Shown here piece after piece: positions 48,432 to 56,802 of a stretch of 56,832 bases of DNA. Position 1 is the first letter of the stretch; the number at the start of each line of letters is the position of its first letter. Source of the DNA: a virus (lineage: Duplodnaviria > Caudoviricetes). A model generated the notes under the pieces. That model did no database searches and was not told the origin of the DNA. It was given only the letters and a program-made list of their open reading frames with translations. The stretch lies in the IMG/VR virus record IMGVR_UViG_3300027899_000015, positions 1 to 56,832 of that record, one strand, 5' to 3'. A program made the translations under genes and the position numbers.

Positions 48432-48778
48432 TATTTATTTTCAATTTGTTTAACACTAACAGCGTTTATTTCTTGAAATAATAATTCTTTATCACGTTCA
48501 CTCAACATACCATCATCGCCTCCTTGATTAGGAGCTGTCATAGCACGTTGAACAATACCTGCCATTTTAATTAAAGCGTCATCATTTTTGATAGCTAATT
48601 CCATATATTCTTTTAATAAAGGAACAAGCATCATTGCGTCACCTGGTTCCTGTATCATAGGTTTCAGTTGGTCAATTAATGCTTTAATTTCTTTCTCCTT
48701 ACGGCCTGCGTTCTTATATATATCTTCAAGTAGGCTTGAGAAAGTCTTGTCCTTAAATAAAACTTGATTAAAATCCAT
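48431..48778 (-). CDS. Helical hypothetical protein (possible small-terminase-like)
   Basis: 115-aa helical ORF with ATATTTAT motif, downstream of the sigma factor; function is a guess. Confidence 0.4.
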   Translation of the reverse strand: MDFNQVLFKDKTFSSLLEDIYKNAGRKEKEIKALIDQLKPMIQEPGDAMMLVPLLKEYMELAIKNDDALIKMAGIVQRAMTAPNQGGDDGMLSERDKELLFQEINAVSVKQIENK

Positions 48779-48814
48779 ATTGGGGTTTGATATAAATATG
48801 GAAGGTAGAAAGAG

Positions 48815-49570
48815 TTAGATTGATAACGTTATACGTCCGTGTTCATAATATTCGTTATATTTTTTAACATATATTATTTTCAAACGTTTAATTATCTTAG
48901 TTATCTGAGGTGTAGATGATTCTGTCATTTCTTTAACGTAGATATATAGTGCTTTTTTATTAAATATATCTAAATTTTCACTTTTACGAAATAATTCTAT
49001 TATTGCATCTGCTATACGAGCATCATTTGCTTTAGGAAATAATTCAAATAAATTAGCGTCTACATACTTAGTAAATTGCTTCATATATGAAGGCATTTCA
49101 TCAACATACACTTCTTTACCATTATTAGTTAAATCTATGAATATTGATTTATCTTCATCTATTGCTTCAACAGGTGCTTTATCTTTTAGTTTCTTATAGT
49201 TCGCATTATTATATAAAATAAGGTAACGTTTAGCAATAGTACCAAAATAAGAAAAAGCTTTTCCTTTGTTTTGGTTATATAAGTGTAATTTTTCGAGGAG
49301 GAAAGCGACAACTTCATGCTGTAACTCAGGGATTGTATCGACCTCTGTATAATAAAACTTAAAAGTATGAATGATATTTTCAGCCAGTTTATGAAATGAA
49401 TAATTAATTTTTTCATTGAATATCTGATTTCGTTTAGTCGGATCTTTAGTTATTAAATACTCAATAATAGCATCCTCAGTTTCCTGAGTGAAGTATATAT
49501 TGGCTTTTTTTGGTTTACGTTTACGTACAGTACCTTTCTTAGTCAGTTCAATTACTTCTTCTTCTTTCAT
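48815..49570 (-). CDS. gp55: Phage RNA polymerase sigma factor (T4 gp55-like)
   Basis: YFT...EY, KLAENIIHTFKF, KLHLYNQNKGKAFSYFGTIAKRYLI sigma region-2-like motif. Confidence 0.75.
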   Translation of the reverse strand: MKEEEVIELTKKGTVRKRKPKKANIYFTQETEDAIIEYLITKDPTKRNQIFNEKINYSFHKLAENIIHTFKFYYTEVDTIPELQHEVVAFLLEKLHLYNQNKGKAFSYFGTIAKRYLILYNNANYKKLKDKAPVEAIDEDKSIFIDLTNNGKEVYVDEMPSYMKQFTKYVDANLFELFPKANDARIADAIIELFRKSENLDIFNKKALYIYVKEMTESSTPQITKIIKRLKIIYVKKYNEYYEHGRITLSI

Positions 49571-49575
49571 TATGT

Positions 49576-49848
49576 CTAATTCTTAAGGTAATGGTTTAAT
49601 GAGTCTTGTATAGCCTTTAAACTCTTAAAAAAGAATCCAATTTGATCATCAGATTTAAAAGCTTCAGTTAATTCAACTGCATTAAGTTGTTTATTTGATT
49701 CATCAACAATAGCGGCTACACTATCAATAATTATTTTTTGTTGAGTAGCTATTTGTTCTAATCTAACTACTTTTTGATTTAAATTCCAAATGATGTAACC
49801 AACTATAGTGGCTACCCATAAAACGATTGATATAATTCCTAGTATCAT
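49576..49848 (-). CDS. Small membrane-anchored coiled-coil protein
   Basis: N-terminal TM helix ILGIISIVLWVATIVGYIIW. Confidence 0.65.
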   Translation of the reverse strand: MILGIISIVLWVATIVGYIIWNLNQKVVRLEQIATQQKIIIDSVAAIVDESNKQLNAVELTEAFKSDDQIGFFFKSLKAIQDSLNHYLKN

Positions 49849-50618
49849 ATATTTTTCATTAGTTCGGCTAAAGCAGGATTAGTCATTTTCTTTAATGCTT
49901 TTTGCTTAATAGCCGAGTTATTTTTATTTAAATTAAATGTTGATTCTTTTTTAACTTCGGTTTTTTTTTCACCGGTTAATTTAGGTAACCATTCTCTTTC
50001 AAATTCAACTCTAGCAGCCAACATATCAGCCTGATGTAATACTAACATAATTGCTGTTCTAGGTTTAGTTTCTGGAGCGAATGAGTGTAAGTATGATTTG
50101 TTAGCTTCATCATATAAACCATCATGAGTTCTGATAGCTAAGAATTCATTTTTAGTATATGGAATACCATTTTCTTGTAATAGAAATAAACCGCGATCAG
50201 GTACAGTCATGTATTCAAGACGATCATTAAACATATAAGTTTCATTTAACTTATCTCGTCTCCATTGATCAGTTTGTTCAATATATGAAGCATGTTGTTC
50301 ATCTCCGAATTTGCCTAAGTCATGATTGATAGCTGAGAATATGAGTTCTTCAGTTGTATAAGTATCAGTCATTCCAAATCCACGCCACACAGCGTCTAAT
50401 TGTAAAGCAGCCTCAACAACTCGATTCACATGGTCAATATAACCACCTGGGAAGCAATTATGATATTGAGATTTATGAGATGCAGGCATCATCATAAAAC
50501 GTTCTTCATGTCTAAGATAGAATTCTTTAAGATTTTCACCTCGTTCACCTGGAATGTAGGTATCAATGTTATGTAAAAACTTAGTCCAATTTGATTGAAT
50601 CATTTCAGCTACCAGCAT
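49845..50618 (-). CDS. HD-domain phosphohydrolase (YhaM-like)
   Basis: PAS...HNCFPGGYIDHV, NHDLGK, AIRTHDG, LHQAD. Confidence 0.88.
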   Translation of the reverse strand: MLVAEMIQSNWTKFLHNIDTYIPGERGENLKEFYLRHEERFMMMPASHKSQYHNCFPGGYIDHVNRVVEAALQLDAVWRGFGMTDTYTTEELIFSAINHDLGKFGDEQHASYIEQTDQWRRDKLNETYMFNDRLEYMTVPDRGLFLLQENGIPYTKNEFLAIRTHDGLYDEANKSYLHSFAPETKPRTAIMLVLHQADMLAARVEFEREWLPKLTGEKKTEVKKESTFNLNKNNSAIKQKALKKMTNPALAELMKNI

Positions 50619-50620
50619 AA

Positions 50621-50800
50621 TTAATCTTGTTGTTCGTTATTTATTAATTGTCTAATTTCTTCAACTTTTTCTTTCATTACAACTACCATGTCTTTAGCAA
50701 CATTAATATTAAAAGCAGGATCTAGAAATCTAGATGCAAATCCAGTTAACATATTCTCTAATTGATCTAATTTTTTGTCTGCGGCTTGTTTATATCTCAT
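50621..50800 (-). CDS. Hypothetical 59-aa protein (not in ORF track)
   Basis: Hand translation MRYKQAADKKLDQLENMLTGFASRFLDPAFNINVAKDMVVVMKEKVEEIRQLINNEQQD*; ATGA overlap with glutaredoxin. Confidence 0.7.
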   Translation of the reverse strand: MRYKQAADKKLDQLENMLTGFASRFLDPAFNINVAKDMVVVMKEKVEEIRQLINNEQQD

Positions 50801-51114
50801 TTTATATATTGTTTTATGATACCTACTAAATGTGGTATGGTATCGAATGTACGTAATGTATCTGACGTTTCCAACTTTGTCTCTCCAACTATAGTAATAA
50901 CTTTTTTTCCTAAATCAATAAACACTATTGGATATAGGTCTGTTTTAAATTTTTGTTCTACAGCTGTTGAGAAATCATTATGCTCATCAGCATCAATATT
51001 AGTATAGGTTATTCCTTTCCCGTCTAACTCGCTCTTCAACCAACTGCAATAATCACAGTCACGTAATGTCAATAACCTAACTCCTACTTCCTCCTTTTCT
51101 CCTATTTCACTCAT
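50797..51114 (-). CDS. Glutaredoxin/thioredoxin-fold protein
   Basis: CDYC motif, LKSELDGKGITY, YPIVFI cis-Pro motif. Confidence 0.8.
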   Translation of the reverse strand: MSEIGEKEEVGVRLLTLRDCDYCSWLKSELDGKGITYTNIDADEHNDFSTAVEQKFKTDLYPIVFIDLGKKVITIVGETKLETSDTLRTFDTIPHLVGIIKQYIK

Positions 51115-51270
51115 TATTTACTTATTTAGTGCTTCAAAAAAATATGGAAAAAATCTTGGGATTCCAAACTCCTTATAGCGGTCATCCAAATTATTCCAAC
51201 GGCCTTTACCCGGGCTTTAACGGTTAAATTGTCACTATATAAATATATATAACTCATAAGAGATAGCCGT

Positions 51271-51765
51271 TTAAAGCGGTGATATGGTGTATTTATCGCC
51301 CAATTTTTTCACAGTGTCGATAGCATCTTTGGAGTGCATATAAAACATTTCTCTATTGTTCGCGACTCGAACAGCATCTAAATGTTCATGAAGTTCTTGT
51401 TCAAGTTTATAAGAGTTAAAACATTTAAAAGAAAAAACAGGTACCCATGGTGTAGGAACACCTGTTGCACCTGAAATTTCTTTTGCTCGTTCTTCTACTT
51501 CACGAATTGTCATTCCTATTTTAACCATATCTGGCATTGACTTATTTACAAGAACATAAACATACTCGGTAGGAACCATATTGCCATCTCTATCTAAGGG
51601 GCTATCCTGGTAATAATTTACTAACTCCCAACCCGGACTATCCGGATCAGGAGTTAAAGTAAAGGCAACTGCTTTTCTACAAACTTGCTCTGAGGTTAAC
51701 ATACTTGGATCTAACCATTTATAAAAGTGAGCATCTTCTGTTGTTATTCTTTTTAAGGATTGCAT
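51271..51765 (-). CDS. T5orf172-type GIY-YIG domain protein
   Basis: YVYVLVNKSMPDMVKIGMT...RAKEISGATGVPTP...LEQELH...REMF. Confidence 0.85.
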   Translation of the reverse strand: MQSLKRITTEDAHFYKWLDPSMLTSEQVCRKAVAFTLTPDPDSPGWELVNYYQDSPLDRDGNMVPTEYVYVLVNKSMPDMVKIGMTIREVEERAKEISGATGVPTPWVPVFSFKCFNSYKLEQELHEHLDAVRVANNREMFYMHSKDAIDTVKKLGDKYTISPL

Positions 51766-51971
51766 GGTTTAAGTTTTTCTCCTGTAGTTGGATTACCATA
51801 TATCTTAATATCATTTTGATCAACCGTTCTAACTTCTCCTGTGTTATAAAATCTAATTATAAATTGTGGGTTTGAATGAATTGAACCTGCAACCATAAAC
51901 AACGCTACTCCATAACCTAAAGGTGTTTCAACATCGAACGGGTTTTCAATTTCATGAATTGTCTGTGTCAT
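51753..51971 (-). CDS. Hypothetical protein
   Basis: 72-aa ORF in operon orientation. Confidence 0.6.
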   Translation of the reverse strand: MTQTIHEIENPFDVETPLGYGVALFMVAGSIHSNPQFIIRFYNTGEVRTVDQNDIKIYGNPTTGEKLKPCNP

Positions 51972-51973
51972 AA

Positions 51974-53167
51974 TTATTTAGTTATATATTTAACTAATTC
52001 TTTATTCAACATCATCAATTTAAATTTGTTTGGATTACTATTATAAATCGATTTAACCATATTATAACTTACATCCGTAGCAAATATTTTCTCGGTAACA
52101 ATCTTACTTATACGTTCTATAAGTGGTTTTTCAATCGCATTTTCTTTAGAATAGAACTCTAAATAGTTAGACAATCTAGTACCTAATGTAGCGGCAATAT
52201 CGGCTCTATATTCTTTATCTTTACCAACTAAACTCTTAAGTGTATTAGTTACATACTGTTCATCTTGTGTTAAGATATTTTCTGGTGAAATCATCTTATC
52301 CAATTTATTATTAATGAACATTGTAAACAAAGTACTAAACTCATTACCAACACTACCTTCTCCAATCATCTGAATCAACGGTAACGATTCTTCAAAACTT
52401 TTAATTGAACTAATACTATTAAAGAACATACTAACACTTCTACTATTAACTTGTTTAGTAACTAGTTCTGGATGCATCAACATAAAGTTAATACAACGAC
52501 CATCTAACTTATTTTCTTCAGCCCACTTACCCCAACATTTAAGATCAAACTTTAAATTAACACTAATGAACCTTGTTTTTTGAGCGTTATCAATACTATT
52601 AACTAAATAATCTCCATTATCAGGATTTGATGTAAGAATAATATGCCAATCTTTAGGTAGTTTCCAACTTATATATTGTTGTCTATCTATTAACTCCATT
52701 ACAGCTTGAATAAACCTCATATCAGCTCTATTCCAGTCATCCAATAATAGAATACCACCATTTGTTTTACCACTAATCCATTCAGGTGGACAATAACTCA
52801 TACGATTCAAACCAGTTGATTCAAATCCTTTCTTACGGTAGTCTTCAACTGAATTCTCATCTACCCATTCAGATGTTTTTTTATCTTTCATTTCAAATTG
52901 ACGGATTGGAAAACCAACCAAGTCACCTATTTCTTCAATTTGTGCTAAGTTCAATTTAACAAAATTTAAACCTAACTCATCTGCTAATTGAATAATAGAT
53001 GATGTTTTACCAATACCCGAATCACCTACTACCTCGGTACTAACCATAGGCTTTTTATTTTCTTGTAGGTAACGGTTGTTGTCAATAATGTGTTTTAGAA
53101 AATCTTTTAATTCATGTACATTCAATGATACTGATGCGTTTGTGGTTGTTGTTTTACTTTTTGCCAT
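51974..53167 (-). CDS. MoxR-like AAA+ ATPase
   Basis: GDSGIGKT Walker A, DLVGFP, ILLLDDWNRA Walker B variant, TSNP sensor, DNAQKTRF Arg finger. Confidence 0.88.
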   Translation of the reverse strand: MAKSKTTTTNASVSLNVHELKDFLKHIIDNNRYLQENKKPMVSTEVVGDSGIGKTSSIIQLADELGLNFVKLNLAQIEEIGDLVGFPIRQFEMKDKKTSEWVDENSVEDYRKKGFESTGLNRMSYCPPEWISGKTNGGILLLDDWNRADMRFIQAVMELIDRQQYISWKLPKDWHIILTSNPDNGDYLVNSIDNAQKTRFISVNLKFDLKCWGKWAEENKLDGRCINFMLMHPELVTKQVNSRSVSMFFNSISSIKSFEESLPLIQMIGEGSVGNEFSTLFTMFINNKLDKMISPENILTQDEQYVTNTLKSLVGKDKEYRADIAATLGTRLSNYLEFYSKENAIEKPLIERISKIVTEKIFATDVSYNMVKSIYNSNPNKFKLMMLNKELVKYITK

Positions 53168-53189
53168 TACTTTATTTTTTATTTATACT

Positions 53190-53216
53190 TTAATTTAGTT
53201 TATTTATTGAGGTCAC
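53190..53216 (-). promoter_or_regulatory. Class A promoter-like motif
   Basis: GTGACC-N13-TAAATTAA. Confidence 0.6.
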
Positions 53217-54458
53217 TTATGAATTAATTTGTATTTTAGCTCCAGGCAATTCATTATTAATACTTCGTCCTGAACAATGAACCCATAATGTAGGCTTACA
53301 AGGTGTTGATCTAACTGAACACTCCCCATCTGTTAAATAAATTAAGTTTTGATATTTATCTTTATTATCCCATAAATAATCAAGTACTGGTTCATAACTT
53401 GTTCCACCTCTACCTGTTACTTCTAAAGCCTCTTCAATTTTACCTTTATATTCATAAACACGACCAATTGAAGCATCACATTCAACAACAGTTACTTGTG
53501 TACCTGTCTTCCAAATATGATATATTTCACTTAAAAATTCCTTCAAATCATCTTTACTAACTGATCCTGATGTGTCAATAGCAACTAATGTATTTTTCTT
53601 TTGTTTAATCTTAAGAGCTGGATTACCATAAAAACGTTTATTTGGTTTACGTCTTGTTTTCTTAGTATATACTTTAGATGCCATACCATTAAAACGTCTT
53701 AGATAAGCTCTCCAATCAATAACTGCTTCTTCACTTACATATAAGCTATCAATTAATTCTTTTAATTCACCTGGTATATGTCCTCTTTGTTTTTGTACTT
53801 GTTCAGCAACGTCTTTAAGTTGATATTCAATTTGCTTCTCCATTAACTTCTTTTCTGCTTCATCCATACCCTCAAATTGTTTCCAAAACTCATGAGACGC
53901 TTTAATAGTTACTTTAGTACCATCCCCTAATGTTATTTCTCCTTGCATACCACCATTATTAGCTTCTTTCATAGCATCTAACATTTTACAAACATCTCCA
54001 TCTGGGTTGTCTTTACATTCTTTTAAAAGTAATTCATAATACTTTCTAGTACCTGCTTTTAAAGGCATTTTCAATTCTTTAAATGGAGAGTTAGTTATTT
54101 CTAAACCATCCCATGTTTCATCTTTGTATTCGTCTTGAATATATTGATTTATTTCAATATCAGCAGCTACATTCAATAATGTTTTGTCTTCAAACTCATC
54201 AAACATATAAAGGTGTTTAAATGCAATATGTAACAATTCATGTTTCAAAACAGCTACTTTACATTTATCACTTATTGTATCCCAAAATTTAGGACTAATA
54301 ACTAACTTAGTATTAATACCATCTCTAGCTACACATGCAGTTGAAACAGCATCATTTATTTCTTTATTAAGACCAATTAAAAACAAACCATAAAACGGTT
54401 CTTTAAACATTAATGTTTTTGAGTGTTTTGCTATTTCACTGTGCATGTCTGATATCAT
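53217..54458 (-). CDS. DUF2201-like metallopeptidase + VWA domain protein
   Basis: HELLH...NVAADIEIN; AIDTSGSVS MIDAS, GRGGT, YLTDGE. Confidence 0.88.
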   Translation of the reverse strand: MISDMHSEIAKHSKTLMFKEPFYGLFLIGLNKEINDAVSTACVARDGINTKLVISPKFWDTISDKCKVAVLKHELLHIAFKHLYMFDEFEDKTLLNVAADIEINQYIQDEYKDETWDGLEITNSPFKELKMPLKAGTRKYYELLLKECKDNPDGDVCKMLDAMKEANNGGMQGEITLGDGTKVTIKASHEFWKQFEGMDEAEKKLMEKQIEYQLKDVAEQVQKQRGHIPGELKELIDSLYVSEEAVIDWRAYLRRFNGMASKVYTKKTRRKPNKRFYGNPALKIKQKKNTLVAIDTSGSVSKDDLKEFLSEIYHIWKTGTQVTVVECDASIGRVYEYKGKIEEALEVTGRGGTSYEPVLDYLWDNKDKYQNLIYLTDGECSVRSTPCKPTLWVHCSGRSINNELPGAKIQINS

Positions 54459-54474
54459 ATATTATAATTTTATT

Positions 54475-54501
54475 TTAAATTAATTATTTAACCTCGGTCG
54501 A
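54475..54501 (-). promoter_or_regulatory. Class A promoter-like motif
   Basis: TCGACC-N13-TAATTTAA, overlapping the end of the upstream gene. Confidence 0.5.
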
Positions 54502-55626
54502 GAAAACAACATCCACAATTGCTTCAGCGGCTGAATTGCTTAATTTGAATTCACGATTAATATTATCCAATAAAAACTTTCTAACAATATCACCTTCTTT
54601 ACCCGTTTTAAAATTCAGTCTCAACCCAGTACCAAACGACTTCCAATCACGTTCCCACACTATACCCTTAGTTCTTAGTAGTTTTAAAAGTCCTTTAAGG
54701 TTGGAATTATTATTTGTGTAATAACTAGGTCTGAACTTAGTTGTATGAAACATTTCATTTAATAAAAATGCTATTGTTAATAATGTTGATTGATTTAAAA
54801 CCAAATTAGACATCATTTCAAAACCTAACTTAACATTAGATTCATCTTTACTAAATAACATATCACGAAGTGTTTGAAGATATTCATCATCCAATTCAAT
54901 TCCTTCTTTATTTAATTCAACAAACAATTCTTCATCAAAAATAAATTTGACATCACCATTAATAATCCTATCAACTTGTTTATCTATTAATGTTACTAAT
55001 TCAACTAATTTATTTTCTCTATATGTTTGAAAAATAATCCCTTCAGTTGTATGTGTATTACTATCAAATAAATCTTTACTTCCTGGTTGTTTTTTATTTA
55101 ATGAATTCCAATCAACAATTTTCATTCTACTTTCATCTATATAAGCAACATTGTTTTTATCAGTACTACTATATATAATATTTTCATTTGCTGGGCTATT
55201 ATTATTTAATTCAAAAATTGTTTTAGCGTGTTTAACAATAAAATCTTCATTAATAAATAAGTGGTTACTAAAATGTAATTTTTTAACTATATCATTAAAG
55301 TATCCTTTATTTATTATAATAATATCCGCACTATCTACTTTAGACGTTTTCTTAAAATTATTGTCTTTAATATATTCTTTTAATTTGAATCGTGGTATTT
55401 CACTTGCTCTAGATGCATATACAATACTATTCTTCTTTATATTTTCGGGTTTACTATTATTAATTACTTTAAAAGCTTTTTTAAATTTAACACTGTCTGT
55501 ACTATTAATGAAAAAATCATCATTTCCCCAATATTGTGCTGGTTTAAACCCTACACCATTTGTAGTTTTATTTGGTTTATAACTACTCCATTCTCCAAAA
55601 TAAACTGATGTTATTCTATTTAACAT
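54484..55626 (-). CDS. Hypothetical protein
   Basis: 380-aa ORF; no confident family. Confidence 0.6.
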   Translation of the reverse strand: MLNRITSVYFGEWSSYKPNKTTNGVGFKPAQYWGNDDFFINSTDSVKFKKAFKVINNSKPENIKKNSIVYASRASEIPRFKLKEYIKDNNFKKTSKVDSADIIIINKGYFNDIVKKLHFSNHLFINEDFIVKHAKTIFELNNNSPANENIIYSSTDKNNVAYIDESRMKIVDWNSLNKKQPGSKDLFDSNTHTTEGIIFQTYRENKLVELVTLIDKQVDRIINGDVKFIFDEELFVELNKEGIELDDEYLQTLRDMLFSKDESNVKLGFEMMSNLVLNQSTLLTIAFLLNEMFHTTKFRPSYYTNNNSNLKGLLKLLRTKGIVWERDWKSFGTGLRLNFKTGKEGDIVRKFLLDNINREFKLSNSAAEAIVDVVFSTEVK

Positions 55627-55627
55627 A

Positions 55628-55822
55628 TTAATTATTTTTTATAGTTGAGTGATTAAAAAGTATACTTGATAAAATATTCAATCCTATTGCTTGCCAAAAA
55701 CTAATTGTTGGCAAATGAAATAATTCAGGTATCAACCAATTCCAAAGTAACATAAGTGGATAACCTAAAATAACTGCTATTATACAAAGTAAACCTATAA
55801 ATTCTATTATTGTCTTAATCAT
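55628..55822 (-). CDS. Small membrane protein
   Basis: Two hydrophobic segments, LWNWLIPELFHLPTISFWQAIGL. Confidence 0.65.
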   Translation of the reverse strand: MIKTIIEFIGLLCIIAVILGYPLMLLWNWLIPELFHLPTISFWQAIGLNILSSILFNHSTIKNN

Positions 55823-55836
55823 ATCTTTTATTTTAT

Positions 55837-55863
55837 TTAATTTAATTAATTAATTGAGGTTAA
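55837..55863 (-). promoter_or_regulatory. Class A promoter-like motif (variant)
   Basis: TTAACC-N13-TAAATTAA. Confidence 0.5.
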
Positions 55864-55865
55864 AA

Positions 55866-56693
55866 TTATTCGGCATCATCATCTTCTGCCCTTGTAATTG
55901 TGCCGTAATATATTCCGTCGTTTTGTAATTCATAATTGAATTGCATATTCACATCCCCATTTCTATTCTTAATGAAATTCATATATGTGCCACCACCATC
56001 ACGATCACTTCTTCTTCTCATTTCCATCATTGCGTCTGTCATGTGTTTCAATTTATTTGAACCTACAAACTCACCTGATTTAGTTACTTGTTGAATTAAT
56101 AAAAACGATGTGAACAAATCTTTATCATTTTCACCTTTATTATTCTTGATACACATATCAACTAACCATGATTCGGCTTGTTTTCTATCCCATTTATTGT
56201 CGTCACGTACACCTTCTATTATTTCAGCAATTGAATCTATTAATATACAATCCCAACCCATAGTCATAACTTTTTCAATTACGTCCTTTGTGTTGTGTTC
56301 TAAATAATCAGCCATAAACAATGTCTGAATGTTTCCGAATTGTGGAAAACGTTGTGTGTATTTGAACATTTGTTTTTTACCCATTTCACCTGAAATGAAT
56401 AAACATTTTCTACCTTTATTATTAATTGAAGCTAATAAATCTAATAGTACAGTTGTTTTACCTACACCTGGATCACCTATACACATAATATTAGTTGCAC
56501 ATGGAACACCACCTTCGTGTGAAATTAAATCATCAATTGCCATTCCACTTTTCATAGTTTCCATCATCCTAGGATCAATATCCAAACGATTCAACTTAAC
56601 GATGTCTAAACTAAGTGGAGTTGAAATAGAAACATTAAAATTAGCTACTTGATTTTTTGATGGTCTACCTCTTTTTTTCTTAATTGTGTTCAT
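55866..56693 (-). CDS. RecA-superfamily ATPase (RadA/Sms-like) with N-terminal AT-hook
   Basis: KKKRGRPSK; GDPGVGKTT, FISGEM, ILIDSI, QVTKSGEFVGSNKLKHMTDA, KNRNG. Confidence 0.85.
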   Translation of the reverse strand: MNTIKKKRGRPSKNQVANFNVSISTPLSLDIVKLNRLDIDPRMMETMKSGMAIDDLISHEGGVPCATNIMCIGDPGVGKTTVLLDLLASINNKGRKCLFISGEMGKKQMFKYTQRFPQFGNIQTLFMADYLEHNTKDVIEKVMTMGWDCILIDSIAEIIEGVRDDNKWDRKQAESWLVDMCIKNNKGENDKDLFTSFLLIQQVTKSGEFVGSNKLKHMTDAMMEMRRRSDRDGGGTYMNFIKNRNGDVNMQFNYELQNDGIYYGTITRAEDDDAE

Positions 56694-56715
56694 ATACTTA
56701 ATTTTTATTTATATC

Positions 56716-56742
56716 TAAATTTATTAAACTAATCGCGGTCAA
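56716..56742 (-). promoter_or_regulatory. Class A promoter-like motif
   Basis: TTGACC-N13-TAAATTTA. Confidence 0.7.
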
Positions 56743-56802
56743 TTATTTCTTTTTACTTAACAAACTATACATTAACAAAATCCATAATATTATAATCACC
56801 AT
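56743..56802 (-). CDS. Possible 19-aa hydrophobic micropeptide
   Basis: MVIIILWILLMYSLLSKKK*; a TATCTTTA box lies upstream at the window edge. Confidence 0.3.
   Translation of the reverse strand: MVIIILWILLMYSLLSKKK

Noticed and set aside
49186-49416. Nested minus-strand ORF
   Set aside because: It is an alternative frame inside the sigma factor gene, with no supporting signals.
51155-51186. ATGACC as a tenth class A promoter
   Set aside because: The box 13 nt downstream is TGGAATCC, which does not match TAnnTTWA.
1238-56652. All plus-strand ORFs in the track (e.g. 10065..10412, 14848..15186, 27743..28099, 55151..55582)
   Set aside because: Each lies antisense to a longer, motif-bearing minus-strand gene and has the Ser/Leu/Ile/Phe-rich composition of a shadow ORF.
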